A stretch of 45,013 bases of DNA, the filler included, from an uncultured virus (IMG/VR IMGVR_UViG_2049941000_000291) (taxonomy: Duplodnaviria > Heunggongvirae > Uroviricota > Caudoviricetes). It is 11 parts of one record of this genome, joined end to end, with 100 filler letters (N's around TTAATTAATTAA, not from the genome) between each part and the next. Parts side by side here need not be neighbours in the genome. Positions count along the whole stretch, not along the records: positions 1 to 2,498 come from IMGVR_UViG_2049941000_000291; positions 2,599 to 5,608 come from IMGVR_UViG_2049941000_000291; positions 5,709 to 6,476 come from IMGVR_UViG_2049941000_000291; positions 6,577 to 25,367 come from IMGVR_UViG_2049941000_000291; 7 more parts are not named here. One strand, given 5' to 3'. Shown piece after piece: positions 1 through 10,419 of this stretch (positions are counted from its first letter, which is position 1; each line of letters opens with the position of its first letter). The translations under genes were made by a program, and so were the position numbers. The notes beneath the pieces were generated by a model. It was not told where the DNA came from. It saw only the letters and a list, made by a program, of their open reading frames with translations, and did no database searches.

Positions 1-1
1 C

Positions 2-160
2 GGCGAAATAAGCGTGTTCCGTGTTCCCAAGGGCAAGACATTGGTAGTACAAGACCGAGAAGACAAACAGCCGCCCAAAAGCGACTACTGCCGAGGGTTG
101 TACTTGTCCACTGGGTTCAAGACGTACAACGCCGAACACGAGATCGTCTATCAAGTGTAA
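2..160 (+). CDS. Hypothetical protein, 3' part; paralog of 20509-20811
   Basis: Open frame ending ...GFKTYNAEHEIVYQV*; shares FKTYNAEH with 20509-20811. Confidence 0.7.
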   Translation, partial: GEISVFRVPKGKTLVVQDREDKQPPKSDYCRGLYLSTGFKTYNAEHEIVYQV

Positions 161-161
161 T

Positions 162-209
162 ACTGGTTCTGATCCGGCGGGGCTGCCTCGCCGGGTTATT
201 CCTTTTATA
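162..209 (+). promoter_or_regulatory. Element copy, strong hairpin
   Basis: ACTGG 162, CCGGCGGGG-CTG-CCTCGCCGG, TATTCC; directly after TAA. Confidence 0.8.
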
Positions 210-226
210 CAACCAAGGAGTTAAAC

Positions 227-742
227 ATGAGCGTTATCTACAAGAACATCCACAATGCAACATTTGACACCGCGAACGCATTCCTCGAATGCCGCGCTCG
301 CGAAGCTGGTCGCCAGAATTTCGAGTTCGACAAGGCGTACACCTATCTGAACACTGAAGTCGTCAGCGAAGGCAAGACTATCGAGTGCGTGTACTTTGAG
401 CACAAGGCGAGCCGCCGCAGTATCGGCGTGACCGTCGAGGACGGCGAGGTCACGAAGGTAATGGTATACGACACGAACGGCGACTGTCTGAACGTCAAGC
501 TTAACAGCGCAGACAAGATTCGCAAGAACCCCAAGGACTTCTTCAAGCAGACCTTGACGCCCAAGAAATACAGCGCGTCGGCGAGCATTAACTTCACTAT
601 CGACGTCGAGTGCGAAGCCTACGACGAGGACGAAGCTCGCGAGAAGCTGGAAGAAGCAGCTTACAACACTTATCTTACTGCCGACCACGACGGCGTTGAC
701 GCTACTATCGAAGACATCAACGAAGACGGCGACGCAGAATAA
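227..742 (+). CDS. Hypothetical protein (171 aa)
   Basis: Complete ORF, AAGGAG SD, flanked by two element copies. Confidence 0.85.
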   Translation: MSVIYKNIHNATFDTANAFLECRAREAGRQNFEFDKAYTYLNTEVVSEGKTIECVYFEHKASRRSIGVTVEDGEVTKVMVYDTNGDCLNVKLNSADKIRKNPKDFFKQTLTPKKYSASASINFTIDVECEAYDEDEAREKLEEAAYNTYLTADHDGVDATIEDINEDGDAE

Positions 743-743
743 G

Positions 744-779
744 ACTGGCGACAACCCGGCGGGACTGCCTTGCCGGGTT
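744..779 (+). promoter_or_regulatory. Element copy, strong hairpin (cut by gap)
   Basis: AACCCGGCGGG-ACTG-CCTTGCCGGGTT after TAA. Confidence 0.75.
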
Positions 780-805
780 NNNNNNNNNNCACTGGATCCA
801 GCTGG

Positions 806-853
806 ACTAGACCTACTGCGGCGGGGTCAACCTCGCCGCTTATTTTTTATTTG
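806..853 (+). promoter_or_regulatory. Element copy
   Basis: ACTAG 806, GCGGCGGGG-TCAA-CCTCGCCGC, TATTTT, TGAACC. Confidence 0.8.
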
Positions 854-875
854 AACCTCAACCAAAGGAGCAATT

Positions 876-1141
876 ATGGGCGTACTAAAATCTTCTCAAG
901 AAATTAACAAGGCTTTCGGAGCTTACCATAACAAGTTCTATCCACGCCGGAAGATGTTGCCGTATGCGGCAAATGACCGAACCGGTGCAATATGGTTCTG
1001 CCAGATCGCCGTCAAGACCCATGACGAGGGTCTGAAGTGTCCGTTCTGCGGCGGAGCACCCAATCCGGATGACTGGTACAGCAAGGTCGAGTTCAGAGGC
1101 TATGACGATAAACGCCACCTCAACCTAGACCCGTACATCTT
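876..1141 (+). CDS. Hypothetical protein with CPFCGG motif (Lar-like zinc-ribbon half), truncated by gap
   Basis: SD plus ATG; LKCPFCGG resembles the N-terminus of the Lar restriction-alleviation family. Confidence 0.6.
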
Positions 1142-1312
1142 NNNNNNNNNNNNNNNNNNNNNNNNNNNNNNNNNNNNNNNNTATCCAGCTGGAAATCACC
1201 ACGGAACCAACCAAGGATCTGGAACTCTGGCANNNNNNNNNNGTGGTCATGTACGACGAGCCTCGTTCGGCCCATGAATACCACCCAGTCATCGAGGAAG
1301 AACTCAAGTAAG

Positions 1313-1360
1313 ACTGACCATAACCCAGCGGGGCCGACCTCGCTGGCTATTTTTATTTTG
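1313..1360 (+). promoter_or_regulatory. Element copy, strong hairpin
   Basis: CCAGCGGGG-CCGA-CCTCGCTGG, TATTTT, TGAACC; after TAA. Confidence 0.8.
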
Positions 1361-1381
1361 AACCTAAACAAAGGAGTTGAC

Positions 1382-1453
1382 ATGGGTGCAAGAATAATTT
1401 TTCAAGTCAAGCATAGAGGCGAAACCAGCAGCAAGTGCCTCGCCTACCTTTTC
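1382..1453 (+). CDS. Hypothetical protein, 5' fragment
   Basis: AAGGAG plus ATG (MGARIIFQVK...), runs into gap. Confidence 0.6.
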
Positions 1454-2624
1454 NNNNNNNNNNNNNNNNNNNNNNNNNNNNNNNNNNNNNNNNNNNNNNN
1501 NNNNNNNNNNNNNNNNNNNNNNNNNNNNNNNNNNNNNNNNNNNNNNNNNNNNNNNNNNNNNNNNNNNNNNNNNNNNNNNNNNNNNNNNNNNNNNNNNNNN
1601 NNNNNNNNNNNNNNNNNNNNNNNNNNNNNNNNNNNNNNNNNNNNNNNNNNNNNNNNNNNNNNNNNNNNNNNNNNNNNNNNNNNNNNNNNNNNNNNNNNNN
1701 NNNNNNNNNNNNNNNNNNNNNNNNNNNNNNNNNNNNNNNNNNNNNNNNNNNNNNNNNNNNNNNNNNNNNNNNNNNNNNNNNNNNNNNNNNNNNNNNNNNN
1801 NNNNNNNNNNNNNNNNNNNNNNNNNNNNNNNNNNNNNNNNNNNNNNNNNNNNNNNNNNNNNNNNNNNNNNNNNNNNNNNNNNNNNNNNNNNNNNNNNNNN
1901 NNNNNNNNNNNNNNNNNNNNNNNNNNNNNNNNNNNNNNNNNNNNNNNNNNNNNNNNNNNNNNNNNNNNNNNNNNNNNNNNNNNNNNNNNNNNNNNNNNNN
2001 NNNNNNNNNNNNNNNNNNNNNNNNNNNNNNNNNNNNNNNNNNNNNNNNNNNNNNNNNNNNNNNNNNNNNNNNNNNNNNNNNNNNNNNNNNNNNNNNNNNN
2101 NNNNNNNNNNNNNNNNNNNNNNNNNNNNNNNNNNNNNNNNNNNNNNNNNNNNNNNNNNNNNNNNNNNNNNNNNNNNNNNNNNNNNNNNNNNNNNNNNNNN
2201 NNNNNNNNNNNNNNNNNNNNNNNNNNNNNNNNNNNNNNNNNNNNNNNNNNNNNNNNNNNNNNNNNNNNNNNNNNNNNNNNNNNNNNNNNNNNNNNNNNNN
2301 NNNNNNNNNNNNNNNNNNNNNNNNNNNNNNNNNNNNNNNNNNNNNNNNNNNNNNCAAGGGCTACGACAATGAACGTCAGCTGAACACCCAGCCGTACATC
2401 GTCGGCGAGGGAAGCTGCTCGAAGTGCGGCAAGTACTGGGTAGTGACCGATAACGTCGTCAAGGACGGCGCTGTCGTCCGCTTCGAGCAGCCGAGGACNN
2501 NNNNNNNNNNNNNNNNNNNNNNNNNNNNNNNNNNNNNNNNNNTTAATTAATTAANNNNNNNNNNNNNNNNNNNNNNNNNNNNNNNNNNNNNNNNNNNNAA
2601 TCGCTTGCAAAGGCCCTTACCGCC

Positions 2625-2843
2625 ATGTTCGACCTTTACGACTACCCAAAGACCGACGCTGACCTTGAAATGCTGAAGGTTCCAGTCGCACGGCTTTGGG
2701 CGGCCCTCGACATCGTGAACGATGTCATGAAGAAGGTTGAAGATCCCAAGTGGCCGCACGGGCCGGACAACTTCGACCACATCTTCGAATACATGACGAG
2801 CAGAATTTCGTTAGAAATCGTCGATTATGCTGAGTTGGATGAC
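2625..2843 (+). CDS. Hypothetical protein fragment
   Basis: Open frame between gaps. Confidence 0.55.
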
Positions 2844-3030
2844 NNNNNNNNNNNNNNNNNNNNNNNNNNNNNNNNNNNNNNNNNNNNNNNNNNNNNNNNN
2901 NNNNNNNNNNNNNNNNNNNNNNNNNNNNNNNNNNNNNNNNNNNNNNNNNNNNNNNNNNNNNNNNNNNNNNNNNNNNNNNNNNNNNNNNNNNNNNNNNNNN
3001 NNNNNNNNNNNNNNNNNNNNNNNNNNNNNC

Positions 3031-3366
3031 ATCCAGCTGGAAATCACCACGGAACCAACCAAGGATCTGGAACTCTGGCACGTCGGCTGGGGCGAATTCG
3101 ACGGCTGGGAATATGAACTGTACAGCGGTTCAGAAGTATTCACCAGCAAGGAAGCCGCCGTCGAATGGCTCAAGAATGACTACAAGCAGCGAATGGACGA
3201 CTTCTTCGGTCAAGATCCGGATTCTGATGTCAAGACCGAGCTTGAACTCGACGCTGGCGACTTCGACGACAATTACCAGTTGAAGAGTCCGGACTGCGAA
3301 AACCGCTACGCCAAGTGGACAATCAACCGCACGGTGCTCAAGGACTTCTTCAAGAAAAAATCTTAA
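3031..3366 (+). CDS. Hypothetical acidic protein, 3' part
   Basis: IQLEITTEP...FFKKKS*, followed by terminator. Confidence 0.7.
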   Translation: MQLEITTEPTKDLELWHVGWGEFDGWEYELYSGSEVFTSKEAAVEWLKNDYKQRMDDFFGQDPDSDVKTELELDAGDFDDNYQLKSPDCENRYAKWTINRTVLKDFFKKKS

Positions 3367-3391
3367 TCTGTATTTTCATGAGGATAGCTCC

Positions 3392-3422
3392 AGGGGAGCT
3401 GGCTCCGGCCAGTTCCCCTTTT
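3392..3422 (+). terminator. Intrinsic terminator
   Basis: AGGGGAGCTGG-CTCCGG-CCAGTTCCCCT-TTT. Confidence 0.7.
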
Positions 3423-3443
3423 ACGTCCGTAAGCCACCGTGCT

Positions 3444-3466
3444 ACTGGCTCGTGACTGGCGGGGCC
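3444..3466 (+). promoter_or_regulatory. Element copy (cut by gap)
   Basis: ACTGGCTCGTGACTGGCGGGGCC. Confidence 0.7.
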
Positions 3467-3476
3467 NNNNNNNNNN

Positions 3477-4122
3477 AAATTTACAGAAGACCAGTATCAT
3501 GGCTACATAGTTGCGACCGAGTTCCGCTTCCCAGAGACCTCTGGTTGCGTCAAGGTCGGCGAGACCGACACCACGGCAGAAGGCATCGAGTTCAAGGTCA
3601 CTCTTGAAGGCCGCGAGTTCAAAGTCGGACTGTTCCCGTTCCCTGACCACATCCACGTCAGCATCTTGACCCAAGCTGGCACGAACCAGTACGACACTGC
3701 CCAGTTCTCGATCAAGCCGTCTGGCGAGACCGAAAGCGAGAAGGCCGAGAACGTCGTCAAGGTCGTGATTCAGCAGTGCCAAGCCTACCTCGACACGCTC
3801 AAGATGATCCAGCAGTCTGCACACGAGACGATCAAGGCCGAACTCTGCAACGATCTGGAGCATATTGTCGGCTCGGATGCCGAGAAGAAATCTCTCATGG
3901 ANNNNNNNNNNCTCATGGACAAGGTAGAAGGCCACATCCGTACCGAACTTGAAAAGTTCGGCTTAGTGAGCAAGTGCAAATTTGAGCAGTTCGACGCGGA
4001 CGGCTTGTTCATTGTATCGGCTGCCATCGGTGAAAACATCATAGCGAAGGCTATTGTGAAGTACCACGATAAAAACATGCAGTCGTGGATTCATGTGAAC
4101 GAAATCACGGTAGCCACGAGGC
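3477..4122 (+). CDS. Hypothetical protein(s), internal fragment with 10-N join
   Basis: Open frame KFTEDQYHGY...EITVATR. Confidence 0.6.
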
Positions 4123-4252
4123 NNNNNNNNNNNNNNNNNNNNNNNNNNNNNNNNNNNNNNNNNNNNNNNNNNNNNNNNNNNNNNNNNNNNNNNNNNNNNN
4201 NNNNNNNNNNNNNNNNNNNNNNNNNNNNNNACCACTAACAAGGAGTTATCCT

Positions 4253-5224
4253 ATGCCTAAAATGCTTTCTACTGCCAACACCACGCTTGGTATCATCCCG
4301 CGTAACATCTACCAAAACGTTCCTGGCTTCTGGATCGTCCCGACTGTCCAAGAAGGCTCCTACATCCATTATCCGGCATACTTCTGTCAAGAAGCTGAAC
4401 AGTCATGCTTTGGTGATCTGACCTTGGCCAATAACGTGAAGTGCTGCACTGCCGAAAAAATGACCGAACTCATCACCAACACTGTCAAGTCTGAATACGG
4501 AACCATCTGGCTCGTGCTGGATCCTCGCAAGAGCCAGACGAACTCGTGCAATGCCCAGCAAGCGGCGATCGTCGCCATCAAGCTGGACAAGTACGGCAAG
4601 GTCAACGTACCGACCAGCATACGCAGCTGGGAGAACGTCGATATTCCGGAAAATGGAACCGAGTGTAGCAAGGTTTTCTACGATGAAACTACGATGAAGG
4701 GCAAGTACTACTGGAGTCTGATGGACGCCGTCAACGCAGCCCGCGCTATCGCCGACGACATCGCCACGATTATCAAGCAGCACTGCAAGAAGCTGGAAGA
4801 CATCGAGCAAGCAAAACTTGACGACGCCAAGAAAGTATTCGACAAACTTCACGCATTCCTCGACCAACGCGCCGCCGAACAGCAGAAGGCAGCCGACGAA
4901 GCCGCGAAGGAAGCTGAAAAGGCCGCACAGCTCGACGCCGAATGGAACGAACTGTCCACCAAGGACAAGGCAGCCGCCCTCAAGCAGCACAAGGCCAGCC
5001 TTCTGACGCAGCCGACGACGAAACGCGGCAGACCGCCCAAGACTGATAAGAAGGTTCAGCCGCTCAGAGTCACGCTCAAACGCGNNNNNNNNNNTGCCGC
5101 CCTCAAGCAGCACAAGGCCAGTCTCCTGACGCAGCCGACGAAACGCGGAAGACCGCCAAAGACGGATAAGAAGGTTCAGCCGCTAAAGGTCACGCTCAAA
5201 CGCGGCAGACGTCCGAAAAAATAA
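4253..5224 (+). CDS. Protein with Ala/Lys/Glu-rich helical segment and C-terminal AT-hook-like motifs; paralog of 32081
   Basis: SD plus ATG at 4253; KRGRPPK and KRGRRPKK motifs. Confidence 0.8.
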   Translation: MPKMLSTANTTLGIIPRNIYQNVPGFWIVPTVQEGSYIHYPAYFCQEAEQSCFGDLTLANNVKCCTAEKMTELITNTVKSEYGTIWLVLDPRKSQTNSCNAQQAAIVAIKLDKYGKVNVPTSIRSWENVDIPENGTECSKVFYDETTMKGKYYWSLMDAVNAARAIADDIATIIKQHCKKLEDIEQAKLDDAKKVFDKLHAFLDQRAAEQQKAADEAAKEAEKAAQLDAEWNELSTKDKAAALKQHKASLLTQPTTKRGRPPKTDKKVQPLRVTLKRXXXXAALKQHKASLLTQPTKRGRPPKTDKKVQPLKVTLKRGRRPKK

Positions 5225-5296
5225 TTTTTANNNNNNNNNNTAGCCGTACTGCCCTCGCTATGCTAGCTATCCATGCGGCGGCGTATATCCAGTTCC

Positions 5297-5608
5297 TCAG
5301 TGCCATCGGCCCTTCCTCATCCGTCTCGCCCTTTCCTCTATGCGCGAGTACTCGGCACGTATGTAGTCAAGGTTCTGCTCGACCTTCGACGCTGCGGACA
5401 GGCTGAGTATGGACATGTAGCCGAGCTTTCCTCCGATCCTACGGACGGTCTTGTCCAGTATCTCGTCCCTCTCGTATATCTCCGACACCACTTCCGGCGG
5501 CAAGTGTGAGTTATCCAGCAGTTTCGTGTTGATGTCGTCTTGCTTGTCGAGAACCCTGTCCTCCGTCACCACGATCACCGAGTATGTACATGTCTTGTGG
5601 TGATTGCT
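5297..5608 (-). CDS. Hypothetical protein, 3' part (on a small, possibly foreign contig)
   Basis: Open minus frame ending ...RMRKGRWH*; the only substantial minus-strand candidate. Confidence 0.45.
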   Translation of the reverse strand, partial: SNHHKTCTYSVIVVTEDRVLDKQDDINTKLLDNSHLPPEVVSEIYERDEILDKTVRRIGGKLGYMSILSLSAASKVEQNLDYIRAEYSRIEERARRMRKGRWH

Positions 5609-5897
5609 NNNNNNNNNNNNNNNNNNNNNNNNNNNNNNNNNNNNNNNNNNNNTTAATTAATTAANNNNNNNNNNNNNNNNNNNNNNNNNNNNNNNNNNNN
5701 NNNNNNNNCTGTGCCAGTGAACAGCCCAATTTTTTATAAGGAACTCACCCAATGAATCAACGCAACAAGAATAGAATAGTTAAGCCAGCCATTACTAAGC
5801 GTATCGGAGGCCGTTAAATGCTGCTTTACTTTCTACCTCGTCCCCAGCTGGTACAGATCAAGCTCAAGCCGATGAAACGAGATCGCTGGTTTCGCTG

Positions 5898-5945
5898 ACT
5901 GGCTCGTGACTGGCGGGGCTGACCTCGTGCCCTATCTATTCTATG
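5898..5945 (+). promoter_or_regulatory. Element copy, weak hairpin
   Basis: ACTGG-N6-ACTGGCGGGGCTGACCTCG, TATCTA. Confidence 0.8.
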
Positions 5946-5982
5946 TCCAATTCGTTTCACCCATCAACCAAAGGAGTTATCT

Positions 5983-6432
5983 ATGGGTATTGGAAAGCCT
6001 TTCGGTTCCTATCATAAGGGAGCCAAGAAGAACACTCGTAAGCGTAAGTGCAACATTCCGAGCTTTGACAACAAGCCGAGCCAAGTCCGCTCGCACAGTG
6101 ACTCTCACACTGACCGTGTGCTTGAAGACAACCGCAACCTCATCGCGGCTCTCGCCCAGCTCGACAGTCGCTCGATGGCTNNNNNNNNNNGTAACGAACA
6201 AGATAGAGTAATTTGCTCGTCTTATTTGACGAAAGAACGCCATAAAGAACTTATGCGGAACGCTGAACCTATGGACTATAACGAATTAAAAGGAATAGTC
6301 AAGGCTGAACTACCAAATTTGTATGAACAACTTTGTTTGTCATTCCCTAACCCATACGGCTCGAATAGCAAGCAAACAAAGACTCATTACATTCTTGCTC
6401 ACTCGATGAAAGAGTATTTCATCAAGAAATAA
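5983..6432 (+). CDS. Hypothetical protein(s); probably two fragments joined by 10 N
   Basis: SD plus ATG, basic N-terminus; the part after the gap is more AT-rich. Confidence 0.55.
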   Translation: MGIGKPFGSYHKGAKKNTRKRKCNIPSFDNKPSQVRSHSDSHTDRVLEDNRNLIAALAQLDSRSMAXXXXNEQDRVICSSYLTKERHKELMRNAEPMDYNELKGIVKAELPNLYEQLCLSFPNPYGSNSKQTKTHYILAHSMKEYFIKK

Positions 6433-6576
6433 ACCATCAACCAAAGGAAAACAATGAAAAAACTAATACTTCTCGTNNNNNNNNNNNNNNNNNNNNNNNN
6501 NNNNNNNNNNNNNNNNNNNNTTAATTAATTAANNNNNNNNNNNNNNNNNNNNNNNNNNNNNNNNNNNNNNNNNNNN

Positions 6577-6868
6577 TCAAAAGAAGATTTATGTAATCGT
6601 CCACAAACAATACGGAAATGAAGCTGAAGCGTTTAAGAAAATTTATCTGTTCTCTTCTCGCCTAAAGGCGGCTAAGAAAATGGTAAAGCTCTATAACGCT
6701 GCTAATAAGGCTGAAAATTATGTTTCACCAGTCCATTACGGCTCGTTTGGTCGCTTTACAACATATAATCCGTTGAACATTGATTCATTCCATGTATCTT
6801 GTAAGCACTGTAACGAACAAAGTGTTGAACTTGTAACCAAGTCCGAGGGCGAACCGCTGGACTTGTAG
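6577..6868 (+). CDS. Hypothetical protein, 3' part
   Basis: Open frame with CKHC, ends at terminator. Confidence 0.6.
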
Positions 6869-6887
6869 GGGCGTAAGCCCCTTTTTT
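6867..6887 (+). terminator. Intrinsic terminator
   Basis: AGGGGC-GTAA-GCCCCT-TTTTT. Confidence 0.8.
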
Positions 6888-6899
6888 ATTGAGGTTATT

Positions 6900-7226
6900 A
6901 TGGCTAATAAGACTAGCGGTGACCGTCACCATGAGGGCTACTTCGAAGAGTACGCCCAGAAAACTGGTAGAAAAGATCGACATCGTGAGGGCTACTGGGC
7001 AGACCGTGCGAAGACCTTGCGGAACCGTCGTAAACGGCACCAGCGAAAATATAACAAGCGTATGCGTGAAGCTGGCTACACGCTCGAAACTGAAATGAGG
7101 AACGGCAAAAAAGTTCTCGTATGGGTCAAGCGTGAAGTCCGCACCGTGGACGCTGTGTTGTTTCACCTAACAAATAAAGAAAATCAGTATGACTTCGAGG
7201 CGGCTATGACCGTGTGCGGAGACCGT
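6900..7226 (+). CDS. Basic hypothetical protein with DRHxEGY repeat, truncated
   Basis: GAGG SD; DRHHEGYF and DRHREGYW. Confidence 0.7.
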
Positions 7227-7352
7227 NNNNNNNNNNCGACAGAATCCTCGACAAGATGGGGCTGCACAGACGGATCCACGCCATATTTGACGATGCTACG
7301 AGTGCAGAAACCTACATGGAAGAACATAAAAAATTGTGCATGGCATAGCACT

Positions 7353-7372
7353 GGGGCGAAAGCCCCTTTTTT
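7353..7372 (+). terminator. Intrinsic terminator
   Basis: GGGGC-GAAA-GCCCC-TTTTTT. Confidence 0.85.
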
Positions 7373-7391
7373 GTTTGTCCGGATCCGGACG

Positions 7392-7439
7392 ACTGGCGTG
7401 AGACTGGCGAGGCTGATCCCGGCGACTATTCTTTCTATG
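7392..7439 (+). promoter_or_regulatory. Element copy, decayed hairpin
   Basis: ACTGG-N6-ACTGGCGAGGCTGATCC, TATTCT. Confidence 0.8.
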
Positions 7440-7873
7440 AAGTTTAACCGCCACCATAAAGGAGTTTNNNNNNNNNNGCCAGCTTTTGCAAGTATCTATC
7501 CCTATGAACGGCGTCGATATGACTATCCGCGTTCGATACAGAAAATTAACTATTGTCGCCAATAATAAAGTCGATGCTAAAGAGGGCTTCTGTCGTTACA
7601 TTGTCGAAGAGGACAAGCTGGACAAGACTATCCCAGCTAAAACACTGGTCTTTTGGGTGAGCCAGCTGATAGAATACTGGAGCTTTATCCGTACCAGTTT
7701 AGACGACNNNNNNNNNNNNNNNNNNNNNNNNNNNNNNNNNNNNNNNNNNNNNNNNNNNNNNNNNNNNNNNNNNNNNNNNNNNNNNNNNNNNNNNNNNNNN
7801 NNNNNNNNNNNNNNNNNNNNNNNNNNNNNNNNNNNNNNNNNNNNNNNNNNNNNNNNNNNNNNNNNNNNNCACA

Positions 7874-7921
7874 ACTGGCTGACGACTGGCGGGGCTGACC
7901 TCGACGACTATTTATTCTATG
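7874..7921 (+). promoter_or_regulatory. Element copy upstream of radC
   Basis: ACTGG-N6-ACTGGCGGGGCTGACCTCG, TATTTA. Confidence 0.8.
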
Positions 7922-7948
7922 CAACCACTTAACGAAAAGGAGTTTAAG

Positions 7949-8415
7949 ATGAGCAACGTATTTAATTTAATGACAACTATTCTCGGCGATGAAAACATAG
8001 CTTACGATGTATGCAGATACTTAGAGGGACGTCAAACTAAGCCCACGGTAGCAGAACTTACTCGTATTCACGGTGTAGGGGAAGCAACCGCCAATAAAGT
8101 GTTGGCTTGCATGGAATTGTCCGCGACCTATATGGTCGGCACGAATTCCACTGTGTTCAGTGACCCTGACGAGATCGCCCGTCGCTTCTGTAACCTCAAG
8201 TATGAGAACCAGGAACACCTGTATGTTCTCACGCTCGACTCGGCTAACCACGAGATAGGCTGTCACGAGGTCACTTGTGGGCTGGTTAACCAGACACCGT
8301 TCCATCCTCGTGAGGTGCTGCGTTACGCCCTTATGGATAATGCTGTAAGCGTGATTCTGTGCCACAACCATCCTAGCGGCTCGACTGACCCGTCACCGCA
8401 AGATATGAGCATTAC
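7949..8415 (+). CDS. radC: RadC-family JAB/MPN domain protein (3' end in gap)
   Basis: HhH-like IHGVGEATA; QEHLYVLTLDSAN; HPREV; JAMM motif HNHPSGSTDPSPQD. Confidence 0.93.
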
Positions 8416-8644
8416 NNNNNNNNNNNNNNNNNNNNNNNNNNNNNNNNNNNNNNNNNNNNNNNNNNNNNNNNNNNNNNNNNNNNNNNNNNNNNNNNNNNNN
8501 NNNNNNNNNNNNNNNNNNNNNNNNNNNNNNNNNNNNNNNNNNNNNNNNNNNNNNNNNNNNNNNNNNNNNNNNNNNNNNNNNNNNNNNNNNNNNNNNNNNN
8601 NNNNNNNNNNNNNNNNNNNNNNNNNNNNNNNNNNNNNNNNNNNN

Positions 8645-8905
8645 ATTGGCACGGATATGATTGAAATTCCGACCTACCGTGTAGGCGGCAAGGCGTTCGA
8701 CTTTATCTGTGACGAAGAGGGCTTGCTGAAAGATAAGCCCATCACAAGCGGCTTCGACGAAAACGGCAAGCCGATGCTCGTGGGCAACCTCATCATCACC
8801 GGCCCTAACGGTCGCAACCTCACCGACGAGACCATTGCCCACTTGCGTAAGCACGTGGTCAACACGACGGCTGGCTGGCGACTCGTGGGCATTGCCTACT
8901 GCTAG
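8645..8905 (+). CDS. DUF3846-like protein, 3' part
   Basis: IE...ICDEEGLL...LVGNLIITG...LTDE pattern recalled for DUF3846. Confidence 0.6.
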   Translation: MGTDMIEIPTYRVGGKAFDFICDEEGLLKDKPITSGFDENGKPMLVGNLIITGPNGRNLTDETIAHLRKHVVNTTAGWRLVGIAYC

Positions 8906-8922
8906 AGTTTAGTCAACTCCGC

Positions 8923-8956
8923 ACCCAGCGGGCTTCGGCTCGCTGGGTTTCCTTTT
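8923..8956 (+). terminator. Intrinsic terminator
   Basis: ACCCAGCGGGC-TTCG-GCTCGCTGGGT-TTCCTTTT. Confidence 0.8.
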
Positions 8957-9680
8957 AGCCGATCGANNNNNNNNNNNNNNNNNNNNNNNNNNNNNNNNNN
9001 NNNNNNNNNNNNNNNNNNNNNNNNNNNNNNNNNNNNNNNNNNNNNNNNNNNNNNNNNNNNNNNNNNNNNNNNNNNNNNNNNNNNNNNNNNNNNNNNNNNN
9101 NNNNNNNNNNNNNNNNNNNNNNNNNNNNNNNNNNNNNNNNNNNNNNNNNNNNNNNNNNNNNNNNNNNNNNNNNNNNNNNNNNNNNNNNNNNNNNNNNNNN
9201 NNNNNNNNNNNNNNNNNNNNNNNNNNNNNNNNNNNNNNNNNNNNNNNNNNNNNNNNNNNNNNNNNNNNNNNNNNNNNNNNNNNNNNNNNNNNNNNNNNNN
9301 NNNNNNNNNNNNNNNNNNNNNNNNNNNNNNNNNNNNNNNNNNNNNNNNNNNNNNNNNNNNNNNNNNNNNNNNNNNNNNNNNNNNNNNNNNNNNNNNNNNN
9401 NNNNNNNNNNNNNNNNNNNNNNNNNNNNNNNNNNNNNNNNNNNNNNNNNNNNNNNNNNNNNNNNNNNNNNNNNNNNNNNNNNNNNNNNNNNNNNNNNNNN
9501 NNNNNNNNNNNNNNNNNNNNNNNNNNNNNNNNNNNNNNNNNNNNNNNNNNNNNNNNNNNNNNNNNNNNNNNNNNNNNNNNNNNNNNNNNNNNNNNNNNNN
9601 NNNNNNNNNNNNNNNNNNNNNNNNNNNNNNNNNNNNNNNNNNNNNNNNNNNNNNNNNNNNNNNNNNNNNNNNNNNNNNNN

Positions 9681-10010
9681 ATGGTTGAAGTCAATAAAGA
9701 ATACAAACTGAATCTCACCAAGCTCGTCGAGAAATATGGTATAGGCGAGGATGTAGGCAATGGGCTCAAGGTCGTCGAGAGTGGCGTCCGTGACTTTCAA
9801 GGTCGCCTGGTGCCGAACGAAAAGACCTACCAGCTTGTTACCGACGACGAACTAGAGAACGTGGTCAGCTCCGACGAAGCCGTGCTGGAAGTCGCCGACA
9901 TCGACCAGTGGGACAATGTGACCCTCGAAGATGTGTACGACCACGACACCTTTGAACTGGATCTTGAAGTGGCTGAACTTGCCCTTGAAGAGTACAAACC
10001 ATCCAACTAA
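9681..10010 (+). CDS. Acidic hypothetical protein
   Basis: 109-aa ORF; true start may lie in gap. Confidence 0.75.
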   Translation: MVEVNKEYKLNLTKLVEKYGIGEDVGNGLKVVESGVRDFQGRLVPNEKTYQLVTDDELENVVSSDEAVLEVADIDQWDNVTLEDVYDHDTFELDLEVAELALEEYKPSN

Positions 10011-10023
10011 AGGAGATACACCA

Positions 10024-10179
10024 ATGAAGAAGCTCTTGCTCATCTTGCTCACGCTCGCCGTCTTTGCGACGGCTGGCGAACTCAACTGTGAAGATATGCT
10101 CCGCACCGCCGATAACGCTGGTGCGAAGATACTTCCCAAGACATTCGACGCCATCGTTACTAATCCAGACGGCTGGCAG
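10024..10179 (+). CDS. Secreted protein with signal peptide, 5' part
   Basis: AAGGAG; MKKLLLILLTLAVFATA. Confidence 0.7.
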
Positions 10180-10419
10180 NNNNNNNNNNNNNNNNNNNNN
10201 NNNNNNNNNNNNNNNNNNNNNNNNNNNNNNNNNNNNNNNNNNNNNNNNNNNNNNNNNNNNNNNNNNNNNNNNNNNNNNNNNNNNNNNNNNNNNNNNNNNN
10301 NNNNNNNNNNNNNNNNNNNNNNNNNNNNNNNNNNNNNNNNNNNNNNNNNNNNNNNNNNNNNNNNNNNNNNNNNNNNNNNNNNNNNNNNNNNNNNNNNNNN
10401 NNNNNNNNNNNNNNNNNNG

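Noticed and set aside
4972..5224. Tandem ~110-bp duplication of the AT-hook tail
   Set aside because: The two copies sit on either side of a 10-N join; likely overlapping contig ends from strain variants rather than a real repeat.
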